From positions 13,027 to 77,026 of the forward strand of contig JAJDCH010000010.1 in the NCBI GenBank assembly GCA_029260905.1: a stretch of 64,000 nucleotides of DNA. The letters run 5' to 3'. The stretch's first letter is position 1. The number at the start of each line of letters is the position of its first letter. The notes under the pieces were generated by a model. It was not told the DNA's origin and did no database searches. It saw only the letters and a program-made list of their open reading frames with translations. A program made the translations under genes and the position numbers. Origin of the DNA: Candidatus Levyibacteriota bacterium. GTDB lineage: Bacteria > Patescibacteriota > Microgenomatia > Levybacterales > UBA12049. This document shows positions 28,318 to 37,940 of the stretch, in pieces.

Positions 28318-29010
28318 ATGTCAGAAAATAAAAAAATATATATTTTACATGGATGGGTTTATTCGACTGAAAAGTGGAAACCTTTTTTAGTTGAATTGAA
28401 AGAAAAAGGATTTGATCCAGTAGTGCTAAAAATTCCAGGACTTACTGCGCCACTTAATAAGGTTTGGACACTTGAAAATTATGTTGAGTGGTTCAATAAA
28501 GAAATAGATTCAAAAAAAGACTTAATACTTTTGGGACATTCCAATGGGGGAAGAATTTGTCTGGCTTTTGCTGCAAAATATCCTGAAAAAGTTGCAAAGT
28601 TAATTCTTATTGACAGTGCCGGTATCTATCATAATGAATTACCGATTAGAATTAAACGTCTGGTCTTTGGAACAGCAGCAAAACTTGGAAAGAAATTTTC
28701 AAATGCAAAAGTTTTTCAAAAATTGCTATATAAATTTGCAAAAGAACATGATTACGAAAAGGCAGATCCGATTGTGAAAAAAACAATGGTCAACTTAATA
28801 AAGATTGATCTTCGTGATAGACTTAAAAATCTAGAAGCTAAGACTTTGATTATTTGGGGAAGTATAGACAGGATAACACCAGTTGAAGATGGGGTATTAA
28901 TGAAAGAAAAAATTAAAAATTCAATTATTGAGATTGTTGATGGAGCAAAGCATTCACCAATGTTTACGCATTCTGAAGTAGTTGCAGAAATAATTTATAA
29001 AAACTTATGA
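28318..29010 (+). CDS. alpha/beta hydrolase
   Basis: 'LHGW', 'GHSNGG', 'WGSID', 'AKHSP'. Confidence 0.9.
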   Translation: MSENKKIYILHGWVYSTEKWKPFLVELKEKGFDPVVLKIPGLTAPLNKVWTLENYVEWFNKEIDSKKDLILLGHSNGGRICLAFAAKYPEKVAKLILIDSAGIYHNELPIRIKRLVFGTAAKLGKKFSNAKVFQKLLYKFAKEHDYEKADPIVKKTMVNLIKIDLRDRLKNLEAKTLIIWGSIDRITPVEDGVLMKEKIKNSIIEIVDGAKHSPMFTHSEVVAEIIYKNL

Positions 29011-30233
29011 ATATTTTTAATTCGCTTGGTTCAAATTATGATTTTTCTACAGCTATAAAGATATTATTTGCTAGTAATGATAAAGAATACTCAGAGAAGC
29101 TTAAGAGCGTTCTGCAACAAAGATACAAGGGTGAAGCGGAGGTTTTTTATAAAGGACGAGACGCGTTAAGGATGGCTTTGAGGATAATTAATAAAAAAGG
29201 TTCAAGTGTTGGGATTTGTGGATTTACATGTTTTGCAGTTTATGATTCTGTTGTCAAAGAAGGATATGAGCCTATCCTTTTGGATATCGAGAGAAATAAT
29301 TTAAATTTTTCTTTTGAAACCTTTGAAAAAGCAGTTGCAGATAATCCTGAGCTTAAGGTTTTGATAATTCAAAATACTCTTGGATTCGTAGCTAATATTG
29401 AAAAAATTTCAAAATTGTGCAGAGAGAAAAAAATACTACTTATTGAAGATCTTGCTCATTCAATTGGATCAACTTATGAAAATGAAAAAGAAGCAGGGAC
29501 TGTTGGTGATTTTACAATCCTTTCTTTTAGTCAGGACAAAATGATTGATGGGGTAACTGGTGGCGGTTTAATAGTAAGAAATTTGGCATTAAAGAATAAA
29601 AATTTAACTTTTAAAAAGTTGGATTTTAAGGCGCAATTAAGAGACAGATTGTATCCTTTTTTTACTTTTAAAATTAGAAAAACTTACGGTTTGGGAATTG
29701 GCAAACTTATCCATTTTATTTTGAAGAACTTAAACCTACTATCAAATCCAATGGATAATACTCGTCCCGACACTTTTTCAGGAGTTGAAGAAATGCTTGA
29801 GCTTCCGAGTTGGTACTGTAAGCATATTCTCGATGAGTTCATAAACATTGAAAAAAACTTAAGCTATAGAAGAGAAATAGCAAAAGTTTATAGCGACAAT
29901 CTTGACAAAAGACTTCTTATGTCAAATGTTGTTGCAGGTGTTAATAATTCTACTTGCTTGAGGTTTCCGATTTTTATTGAAAAAAGACAAGAGCTAATCA
30001 GTTTTTTAAACAAATCAGGTGTATATGTATCAGATATTTGGTATGATGCGCCAATTGCACCAAAAAAATATATGGAAAAAACAGATTACAAAATTGGTGA
30101 GTGTCCCAATTCTGAAGTAGTCGCAAGTGCAATACTAAATCTGCCAACACATAGAAACGTTTCGCTAAAGGATGCAAGGCAGATTTCTGATAAGATAAAT
30201 TTGTGGTTAAAAAATGAACAGAATTATATATAA
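29007..30233 (+). CDS. DegT/DnrJ/EryC1/StrS-family PLP enzyme
   Basis: 'IEDLAHSIG', 'SFSQDK', 'LNLPTH'. Confidence 0.85.
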   Translation: MNIFNSLGSNYDFSTAIKILFASNDKEYSEKLKSVLQQRYKGEAEVFYKGRDALRMALRIINKKGSSVGICGFTCFAVYDSVVKEGYEPILLDIERNNLNFSFETFEKAVADNPELKVLIIQNTLGFVANIEKISKLCREKKILLIEDLAHSIGSTYENEKEAGTVGDFTILSFSQDKMIDGVTGGGLIVRNLALKNKNLTFKKLDFKAQLRDRLYPFFTFKIRKTYGLGIGKLIHFILKNLNLLSNPMDNTRPDTFSGVEEMLELPSWYCKHILDEFINIEKNLSYRREIAKVYSDNLDKRLLMSNVVAGVNNSTCLRFPIFIEKRQELISFLNKSGVYVSDIWYDAPIAPKKYMEKTDYKIGECPNSEVVASAILNLPTHRNVSLKDARQISDKINLWLKNEQNYI

Positions 30234-30258
30234 AATATAAATCCAAGCAAATTGCATT

Positions 30259-31278
30259 ATGATAGTTGTCAAAGAGGTTGAAGATAAAAAAGAGTGGGAA
30301 GATTTTATTTACCAAAATCCAGATGCCAATTTTTTGCAGTCTTGGCATTTTGGAGAATTTCATAAAAGTCTTGGAAAAGAGGTAGAAAGAATTGGATTTT
30401 TTGATGAAAATAAATTAATCGGTGTGATGCAGGCAGTTATAGAGAATGCAAAAAGAGGAAGGTATATGACTATTTCTGGCGGACCGATAATTGATTGGAA
30501 GAACAAGTCACTTGTTAAATTAGTTTTTACTAAAGTAAAAAATATAGCAGGGGAGAAGAAATGTGTATTTGTCCGAGTAAGGCCACAGTTAATTGAAGAT
30601 GATTATACCCAAAAAGTTTTTGCTGATAATGGTTTGCAAAAATCGCAAATGCATTTAACAGCAGATCTTACTTATCAGCTTGATATTACAAAAACAGAAG
30701 ACGAGCTTCTGGCAGGTATGCGAAAGGCAACAAGGTATGAAATTAGAAAGGCGATAAAAGAAGAAATAAAAATTACTAAATCACAAGACCCAAAAGATGT
30801 AAAAGAATTTTATGATATACAACTTGAAACAGCAAAAAGGCAAAAGTTTGTCCCTTTTTCATATAAGTTTTTTTATGAGCAATTTAAAACATTTTTCAAT
30901 GAAGACAAAGCGATTTTATATAGAGCCTACTTTGAAAAAAAATTACTAGCTGGTGCATTTATAATTTTTTATAATAATGAAGCAGTATATCATTATGGAG
31001 TTGGAACAGAAGAGGGAAGAAGGCATCCGGGTGCATATCTTATACAATGGGAGGCAATAAAAGAGGCTAAGAGTAGAGGCTTAAAGCACTATAATTTTTG
31101 GGGTGTAGCGCCTGTTGATGCCAAAAATCATAGATTTTATGGTGTAAGTATTTTCAAAAGAGGGTTTGGAGGAGAAGATGTGCAGTATCTTCATGCGCAT
31201 GATTTAGTAATAAAAAGATTTTTGTATCTTATAAATTATTTGATAGAAAGGATAAGAAAAAAAATAAGAAAAGTCTAG
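30259..31278 (+). CDS. FemABX-family peptidoglycan bridge aminoacyltransferase
   Basis: 'FLQSW', 'GGP', 'RYEIRKA', 'YNFWG', 'FKRGFGG'. Confidence 0.9.
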   Translation: MIVVKEVEDKKEWEDFIYQNPDANFLQSWHFGEFHKSLGKEVERIGFFDENKLIGVMQAVIENAKRGRYMTISGGPIIDWKNKSLVKLVFTKVKNIAGEKKCVFVRVRPQLIEDDYTQKVFADNGLQKSQMHLTADLTYQLDITKTEDELLAGMRKATRYEIRKAIKEEIKITKSQDPKDVKEFYDIQLETAKRQKFVPFSYKFFYEQFKTFFNEDKAILYRAYFEKKLLAGAFIIFYNNEAVYHYGVGTEEGRRHPGAYLIQWEAIKEAKSRGLKHYNFWGVAPVDAKNHRFYGVSIFKRGFGGEDVQYLHAHDLVIKRFLYLINYLIERIRKKIRKV

Positions 31279-31279
31279 A

Positions 31280-32575
31280 TTACAAAATATCTTCCTTTTC
31301 TTCCTCATTTATTTCAGGGCTGATTAGAAAACCTTTTAAGTCAATTCTTCCGATAATCATTTGGTATTTTAGATGAGATCTGTCAACAAGCGAAACCGTG
31401 GTGTTAATTTTTTTTCCAGCTAGAAGAAATGAAATATCTGAAGTTGGTCTGTAGGCTTTTCCGCTTGCTGATTCTATATAAACTTTTTTCTTGCCAATTT
31501 CTAGACCAATTTTGTCTGCAAAGTTTTTGTCAATTGATGATCTAAATGCTCCAGTATCAAGTTTTGCTTTTATTTCTTTGTAACCACCTGCATATTTGAC
31601 TTGAACTGGAAATATTACAGGAAGAACTTTGGGTGAAGTAGATACTTTTTCAGAAAAGCTCTCTGAAAAAAGGGTTTTGGCCAGATGTAGCCCTTTTTCT
31701 GGTGATGTGACTTCCATGTCTTCAATTCTTTCAAGACGAGTTCTTAAAGATTTAAGATTTGCATTTTGAATTTGAAGACCAGGTCTAGCATTTAATTCAA
31801 GAATAAGCGGACCTTTTTTGGCATCAATTACAATATCAACTCCTGCAAAACCAAGCTTTATGGCATTTTGAGCACGGGATGCAAGAAGTAATACATTGTC
31901 CCAATCAGGCAATTTTATACCTGCGATTTTCCTTTTTGTAAATGGAAATTTGTAAATAAGTCTTGAATTGTCAGTCGCGCTTGTTGTTATTCCTGTTGAT
32001 ATGTCTATTCCCGCAGCCAATGCGCCAAGGTGGATGTTTGCTTTTCCGTCTGATTCTTCTGTGGGAATTCTGATCATAGCCATAATTGGTACTTGTTTGA
32101 ATACAATTATACGGATATCTGCAAGCCCCACAGGCGCAATTTTTTTAAAAAAAGAATGTTGATTAACGATGTCTTCGATAAATGCGACATCTGGAAGATA
32201 TTGAAGCGAGAATGCTCCATCGATTATGTCAAAAATATGAGATTCTAATTTTTTAACATCAAAAACCTCATTGTTTATTGTTGTTCCTTTTCCAAATTTC
32301 CAATTTTTGAAAGCCAATATTCCAGATCCTCCATATCCTCTTGATGGTTTTACCGCAAAACCTGTTTCTGGAAGTTTTCTCCAAATAAAATTTCTTACAT
32401 CAGCTCTTGTCTTAAAGGATGCAAACAATTTTGGAGTTGGGATGTTATGTCTGGTAAGTACTTCTTTCGTCTTCAATTTATCATCAGCAATTCTTTTTGC
32501 TGAAGGTTTATTGTAGGGGCGGATATATAGAAAGTTTCGGGCGTTCATGCCCAAGACGGTTTTACTTATTGCCAT
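31280..32575 (-). CDS. alpha-L-glutamate-ligase-like ATP-grasp fused to a retropepsin-like aspartic protease
   Basis: 'LGMNARN', 'KPSRGYGGSGI', 'ANIHLGA', 'LELNARPGLQIQNAN'; C-terminal 'AKLDTGA...IIGR'. Confidence 0.88.
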   Translation of the reverse strand: MAISKTVLGMNARNFLYIRPYNKPSAKRIADDKLKTKEVLTRHNIPTPKLFASFKTRADVRNFIWRKLPETGFAVKPSRGYGGSGILAFKNWKFGKGTTINNEVFDVKKLESHIFDIIDGAFSLQYLPDVAFIEDIVNQHSFFKKIAPVGLADIRIIVFKQVPIMAMIRIPTEESDGKANIHLGALAAGIDISTGITTSATDNSRLIYKFPFTKRKIAGIKLPDWDNVLLLASRAQNAIKLGFAGVDIVIDAKKGPLILELNARPGLQIQNANLKSLRTRLERIEDMEVTSPEKGLHLAKTLFSESFSEKVSTSPKVLPVIFPVQVKYAGGYKEIKAKLDTGAFRSSIDKNFADKIGLEIGKKKVYIESASGKAYRPTSDISFLLAGKKINTTVSLVDRSHLKYQMIIGRIDLKGFLISPEINEEEKEDIL

Positions 32576-33461
32576 GTTTTAGTATTGGTTTAAATCTTAA
32601 GTACTCTGTAATTCGAAGTCCAAAGTAGCGGCCAATAATTATATTAGCAGGTATAAGAAGTAGGATAAATTCTGGATAAAGAAGGATAAGTGTTCTGAGT
32701 TGCTGCCATGACAAAAGAAGAAAGCCCAATATTCCCAGAACAAGAGTAATTAGCGTTGTTTGAATAGTTTCTTCAAGCTCTCTTTCAAGAAAAAGAGTTA
32801 CTATTCTGTCACTTAAAAGAATTAATAAAAGAACAGGAAAAATAGATAAATTTCGAACGTCAATAATGCCATACACAGAACTTATTGTAAGAGCGCTTAA
32901 GAGAAGTATTGCAACAACTAGCATAGAAAGAGCAGTTTTGGGCATTTGCATAATGCGTATTTTTTTAAGTATTGATCTTGAAACAAAGGATGCAAAAAGA
33001 ATAGTTGCAAGCATTATAAGTCCAGGTGTCACACCTGTTGCAAGAAGAGTGATCGAAAGGGCGATTGGAACAAGGAGCCCAATGCCTGATAATCCAATTA
33101 TGTATCTAAATCCAACAACAATTGTTGCTAGAACAGGAAGAAGAAGAATAAGAATAATTGTGTTGGTTGGAACACCTGCCCTTGCTGCGTATTGGACAGC
33201 AAACGGTGCAAAGTTGGTTATTGTTAATTTTTCAACTCTTCTTTTTTCAAAAAGCGAGGTAAGCACTTCTTCTTTTTCTGTATCTTCCTCTGGTTGAGTA
33301 ATATCTTTAGCCTCTTCATCTCCTTCTTTATTTTTTGCTGATTGAGTTGCCTGGCGGGCAGCTTCGCTTGCTGCAGTTGGTGGATCCAAAGTTTGGGCAA
33401 TTGCTAGGGTTGGACTAAGCAGTGTGAGTAAGGTAAGTAAAATTATTATTAAAATTTTCAT
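32562..33461 (-). CDS. 7TM protein of the type linked to transglutaminase/ATP-grasp systems
   Basis: 'LLLP...RYIIG', 'SIFP', 'IGRYFGLRITEYLRF'; overlaps the ATP-grasp gene. Confidence 0.85.
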   Translation of the reverse strand: MKILIIILLTLLTLLSPTLAIAQTLDPPTAASEAARQATQSAKNKEGDEEAKDITQPEEDTEKEEVLTSLFEKRRVEKLTITNFAPFAVQYAARAGVPTNTIILILLLPVLATIVVGFRYIIGLSGIGLLVPIALSITLLATGVTPGLIMLATILFASFVSRSILKKIRIMQMPKTALSMLVVAILLLSALTISSVYGIIDVRNLSIFPVLLLILLSDRIVTLFLERELEETIQTTLITLVLGILGFLLLSWQQLRTLILLYPEFILLLIPANIIIGRYFGLRITEYLRFKPILKHGNK

Positions 33462-33521
33462 TTATTTATTTTATCTGATCTACTTTAGATTGTATATCTT
33501 TATTTTTTATAAAAATATTTT

Positions 33522-33607
33522 TGGTGCCGAGAGAGGGATTCGAACCCTCACGAGTTTGAGCTCAAAGGTTTTTGAGACCTTCGTGTCTACCATTCCACCA
33601 CCTCGGC
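33522..33607 (-). tRNA. tRNA-Leu(CAA)
   Basis: Reverse complement GCCGAGG...AAGGT-CTCAAAA-ACCTT, long variable arm, GGTTCGAATCC, CTCGGCACCA; CCA is encoded. Confidence 0.96.
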
Positions 33608-33757
33608 TAGTCGCAACTTGATTCTAGACTTGGTCCAAATTGCGTTTGGATATTAGGCATTTCATCGGTTGTTCATCTTAAAAAGCTATGTATTTTGTAA
33701 TCAAAAAAAGAATCATCATGCTTGAAATTAGCGTTCTACTATTATATACTTGATCGG

Positions 33758-34723
33758 ATGACTATTCAACAGATTTACGATTTAGCAATTGAAATGGCTA
33801 TTAAGTCGGATCCAAGGGGAGAGAAGGCCATGAAAAAACTTCTTGATAAAACCGCAAAAGACTTCAAGGAACTTTCAGAAAAAAAGAAAAAATATTTTGA
33901 TTCAGAATCGCTAAGAAATCCATATTCAGATTCTAGAATTCTTTATGGAAAACCTGACAAAGAGATAAAAAAAATTCTTGCTGGAATTGATGTTGATGGG
34001 ACAGAAATTCTTCTTGCAGATAGACTAAATCAAAAAGGCAAAAATATAGATGTAGTAGTGGGGCATCACCCATCAGGGAATGCTTATGCGAGCCTACATG
34101 AAGTAATGGACTTACAAGTTGAGACTTATGCTGGAGCAGGCGTGCCAATAAATATAGCTCATGCTCTAATGACTGAGAGAATGATAGATATAAAAAGAAA
34201 AATTCATCCTGCAAATCACAATCAGACAATTGATACGGCAAGACTATTGGATATTCCCTTCGTTGCAATGCATACATTTTGGGACAATTTAGGAAATAAG
34301 TTTATGGAAGATTATCTTGGGAAGCGAAAATATGATACTGTGGGAGAAATTTTTGATTATTTGATGGAAATTCCTGAATATATTGAAGCAGCAAGGGGTA
34401 AGGCAGGCCCGCTTATTATTTCAGGAAGTAGTGATAGTAGAGTAGGTAAGATAGGAATATTTTTTACTGGAGGTACAAATCCATCAAAGGAGATGTATGT
34501 TGAGCTGGCAAAATCGGGTGTTGGAACTGTTGTTGATATGCATATGCCAGAGGATGCTGTAAAGGAGATGAAGAAAAGACACGTAAACGTTATTAATACT
34601 GGGCATATGTCCAGTGATTCAATTGGAGCAAATATTTTTTTCGATGAACTGGAAGAAAAAGAAATAGAAGTTATTCCATGCTCTGGATTTATCCGCGTAA
34701 AAAGAAAGGGAAAAAATAAATGA
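33758..34723 (+). CDS. NIF3/NGG1-interacting-factor-like metal-binding protein
   Basis: 'NPYSDSRI', 'AGID', 'GHHP', 'HT..DN', 'GHMSSDSIG'. Confidence 0.85.
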   Translation: MTIQQIYDLAIEMAIKSDPRGEKAMKKLLDKTAKDFKELSEKKKKYFDSESLRNPYSDSRILYGKPDKEIKKILAGIDVDGTEILLADRLNQKGKNIDVVVGHHPSGNAYASLHEVMDLQVETYAGAGVPINIAHALMTERMIDIKRKIHPANHNQTIDTARLLDIPFVAMHTFWDNLGNKFMEDYLGKRKYDTVGEIFDYLMEIPEYIEAARGKAGPLIISGSSDSRVGKIGIFFTGGTNPSKEMYVELAKSGVGTVVDMHMPEDAVKEMKKRHVNVINTGHMSSDSIGANIFFDELEEKEIEVIPCSGFIRVKRKGKNK

Positions 34724-35274
34724 CTGGAGTTACGGATTTAAGAGCAGGAACAACATATGAAGAAAACGGTCAGTATTTTACAGTAATTTCATATGAACAT
34801 ATAAAAATGGGCAGGGGTAGCGCCAATATAAAAGTAAAGGTAAGAAATATAAAAACAGGATCAACAACGGAAAAAAGCTACATAAATGGAGCAAAGATAA
34901 ATACAGTTCCTCTAAGTAAAAAGGATATGCAATATCTTTATAAAGATGATTCAGATGTTTTTTTTATGGATCCAGCAACTTTTGAACAGGTAAGTATCTC
35001 TTTAAAGCTTGTTTCAGGTCATATGTTTCTTAAAGAAGGAGAGAGCTTTTCTGTTAGTTTTCTTGAAGGAGCGCCTCTTGAGGTATCACTTCCATCAAAA
35101 ATGATTTTCAAGATAGCAGAAACAGCACCAGGTGCAAAGGGTAATTCTGCAACAAATGTTTTTAAGGATGCAGTGCTTGAAAATGGGGTTAAGACAAAAG
35201 TTCCTCTTTTTATAAAAATAGGAGAAGAGATTAAAATTGATACCAGAACGGGCGCATATAGTGAGAAGGCATGA
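34720..35274 (+). CDS. efp: elongation factor P
   Basis: 'KMGRG' loop, 'FMDPATFEQ', 'KVPLFI', 'IDTRTGAY'. Confidence 0.95.
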   Translation: MTGVTDLRAGTTYEENGQYFTVISYEHIKMGRGSANIKVKVRNIKTGSTTEKSYINGAKINTVPLSKKDMQYLYKDDSDVFFMDPATFEQVSISLKLVSGHMFLKEGESFSVSFLEGAPLEVSLPSKMIFKIAETAPGAKGNSATNVFKDAVLENGVKTKVPLFIKIGEEIKIDTRTGAYSEKA

Positions 35275-36536
35275 ACAAAAACGCATTTTCCGCATTATCG
35301 GAGAAGCCTTTCCTAAATCTTTGGATCGGCGAAATTTTTACACAAATTCCAACTCATCTATTTAATTTTTTCCTCATCCTGATTATTTTTAATCTTACTA
35401 AATCAAATACAATAGTATCTTTTGCTGTGCTGACATTTACAGTTCCAGCGATTATTTTTGGATCAATAGCTGGTGTGTTTGTTGATAGATGGAACAAGAA
35501 AAAAGTTCTTGTAATCACCAATTTAATAAGAGCATTTTGCCTTATTTTTCTAATGTTTTTTCTTGATAATATTTTTGTAATTTTTGCTGTTTCACTTGTT
35601 GTATCTATTTTGGTTCAATTTTTTATCCCAGCTGAGATTCCAATGGTTCCACTTTCTGTATCGTCTAAAAATCTTTTTTCGGCAAATGCGCTTTTTGGTA
35701 TTGCAATTTTTGCATCAATTTTAATTGCCTATGTTTTTTCTGGATCGGTAATTTTATTAGTTGGGCAGAGAATGACTCTTTTTATTCTCGCAATTATGCT
35801 AACTATTGGTGCATTTTTTATATGGAAAATAAAACTTGCAAAAAAGGAGCAAGACTCCAAGAAATTTTCATCACCAGATGTGTTTCACGATATAAAAAAT
35901 ACATTAAAGTTAATGCAAAGTAGTAATTCAGTAACAAATTCTCTTATTCTTCTTGCGTCTTCACAGATTTTAATTCTGGTCATAGCAACAATTGCACCAG
36001 CTTACGCTACAGATATATTGAAAATAAGAGCAGAAGAGTTCCCGCTTTTATTTGCTGTTCCAGCTGCTATTGGAATGGGGGTTGGTGCTGTAATACTTGT
36101 TAATTTTTTTCAAAATAAATCAAGAGAAAAAGCAATAAATATAGGCATAGTTCTTGCTGGTTTATCTATTTTGCTTTTGCCATACTGTGCAGATATCGCT
36201 TCATTTTTTTCAATAAAGCAAGGATTATTTTTTATACCTAGTTTTTTAAATGTGACAATTATTCAGCTCGTGACAGTAGGTTTTCTGGCTTTCTTTATTG
36301 GAGTATCAAATTCTTTTGTTACAGTTCCTGCAAATACGATGCTTCAGGAAAAAACAGAAAATCGTGTCAGGGGTAAGATTTATGGACTTTTAAACATGAT
36401 TGTTGGAATCTTGTCACTTTTGCCGATCTTGATTAGTGGAGGCCTCTCAGATATAGTTGGAGTAGGTAGTGTAATAACAGCAATAGCATTATTAATTATA
36501 GCAATAGGAATTGCTAAGTTTTTTCAAAGAACATGA
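35271..36536 (+). CDS. MFS transporter (DHA3/macrolide-efflux-like)
   Basis: 'AGVFVDRWNKK', 'FFIPAE', 'RGKIYG'; about 12 TM helices. Confidence 0.85.
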   Translation: MNKNAFSALSEKPFLNLWIGEIFTQIPTHLFNFFLILIIFNLTKSNTIVSFAVLTFTVPAIIFGSIAGVFVDRWNKKKVLVITNLIRAFCLIFLMFFLDNIFVIFAVSLVVSILVQFFIPAEIPMVPLSVSSKNLFSANALFGIAIFASILIAYVFSGSVILLVGQRMTLFILAIMLTIGAFFIWKIKLAKKEQDSKKFSSPDVFHDIKNTLKLMQSSNSVTNSLILLASSQILILVIATIAPAYATDILKIRAEEFPLLFAVPAAIGMGVGAVILVNFFQNKSREKAINIGIVLAGLSILLLPYCADIASFFSIKQGLFFIPSFLNVTIIQLVTVGFLAFFIGVSNSFVTVPANTMLQEKTENRVRGKIYGLLNMIVGILSLLPILISGGLSDIVGVGSVITAIALLIIAIGIAKFFQRT

Positions 36537-37171
36537 TTTTTTTAGTTCAAATTCCATCATTTTTAATCTTTTTATATGTCCTCTACAAGTTAAGTAGGGA
36601 TGATTATGTTTTAATTCGAAAAAATATCTCTCAAGAGATGATTTTTGATGCTGGATTTTTGACTGTTTTGATTGGTTTTTTGGCGCCTCGCATTTTATAT
36701 TTTATATTGGTTGTTCCCGATTCAATTAAAACAATTAATTTTATGCTAAGTTCATATCTTATTGCTGCTTCTACATTTCTATATTTTATGTCACGATACA
36801 AAAAATTCCCAACATATAGAATATATGATTTCTTTACTTTATCTTTTTTGATTGCGCTTCCTTTTGGATTATTTGTTTCTGCTTTTTTCTTAGAAAATGT
36901 TTTACAGTTTTTAGTATTTGCAAGCAGTTTTATCTATTTAGTTCTTTCATTTTTATTTATGCTTTTCCTGTATCCAAGACTTATGAGAAATGATTTGAAA
37001 GAGGGGAGTATTACTATTTTTTTCTTTATTCTTTTTTCATTAATTACATATGCTTTTTTAATTATGGAGAAAGGAATGAGTCTTTCAAATTTAGTACGCG
37101 AAACACACATTCCATCGATTTTAATTCTTTTAATTAGTATATTTCTTTTAATAAAACAATCAAGAAGATAA
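36533..37171 (+). CDS. membrane protein, possibly a degenerate Lgt-like protein
   Basis: About 7 TM helices; 'GFLAPRILY' resembles the Lgt 'GARL.Y' motif. Confidence 0.5.
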   Translation: MIFLVQIPSFLIFLYVLYKLSRDDYVLIRKNISQEMIFDAGFLTVLIGFLAPRILYFILVVPDSIKTINFMLSSYLIAASTFLYFMSRYKKFPTYRIYDFFTLSFLIALPFGLFVSAFFLENVLQFLVFASSFIYLVLSFLFMLFLYPRLMRNDLKEGSITIFFFILFSLITYAFLIMEKGMSLSNLVRETHIPSILILLISIFLLIKQSRR

Positions 37172-37174
37172 TTT

Positions 37175-37909
37175 ATGAAAATACCAGTAATTTATGAGGA
37201 TGATGATTTTATGGTGGTTAATAAACCCGCTGGAATAACTGTAAATAAATCAGAAACAACCGTTAATCAGGATACAGTTCAAGAATGGGCTGAAGAAAAG
37301 TTAGAAATCAAAAATCAGAAATCAAATGAAGAGGAAGCTCATGATTTTTATAAAAGAGGGGGGATTGTACACAGACTTGATAAAGAAACTTCTGGAATTT
37401 TATTAATTGCAAAAAACCCTCAAGTATTTGAAAATCTGCAAAAACAATTTAAAGAAAGATTTGTAAAAAAAGTTTATCTTTCACTTGCTCATGGTAAGAT
37501 TGTTCCTGAAGAAGGTGAGATAAATGTACCAGTTGGTAGATTGCCTTGGAGTAGAAAGCAGTTTGGAATATTACCAGGAGGCAGAGAATCAAAAACTTTG
37601 TATAAGGTTATAGAATATTTTGAAAATCCAAGAACAAAGGAGATTTTATCTCTGGTGGAGCTTTATCCTCATTCCGGTCGAACACATCAGATAAGGGTTC
37701 ATTTAAAATATATAAATCATCCTGTATTTTCTGATTTTCTTTATGCAGGAAGAAAAACATCAAAAAAAGATAGGAAAGTTTTACCTCGTGTTTTTCTTCA
37801 TGCTGCAAAGATAATGATTAATCATCCAATTAAGGGGGAAAGCATGAGTTTTGAATCTCCATTAACTGATGAGTTGAAAAGTTTTATATCTTCAATGAAA
37901 AAAATTTAG
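37175..37909 (+). CDS. RluA-family pseudouridine synthase
   Basis: 'VNKPAG', 'IVHRLDKETSG', 'GRTHQIRVH', 'LHA'. Confidence 0.93.
   Translation: MKIPVIYEDDDFMVVNKPAGITVNKSETTVNQDTVQEWAEEKLEIKNQKSNEEEAHDFYKRGGIVHRLDKETSGILLIAKNPQVFENLQKQFKERFVKKVYLSLAHGKIVPEEGEINVPVGRLPWSRKQFGILPGGRESKTLYKVIEYFENPRTKEILSLVELYPHSGRTHQIRVHLKYINHPVFSDFLYAGRKTSKKDRKVLPRVFLHAAKIMINHPIKGESMSFESPLTDELKSFISSMKKI
37303..37326. repeat. in-frame heptamer triplet inside the RluA gene
   Basis: aaatcaa aaatcag aaatcaa, encoding EIKNQKSN. Confidence 0.55.
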
Positions 37910-37940
37910 GATTTCTAGAAGATGATATGCTAAATAAAAT

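Noticed and set aside
33522-33607. tRNA-Leu as an island integration site
   Set aside because: No duplicate of its 3' end was noticed in the window and no integrase is adjacent.
35881-35896. parS site (tgtttcacg...)
   Set aside because: Only one half matches, and it lies inside a CDS.
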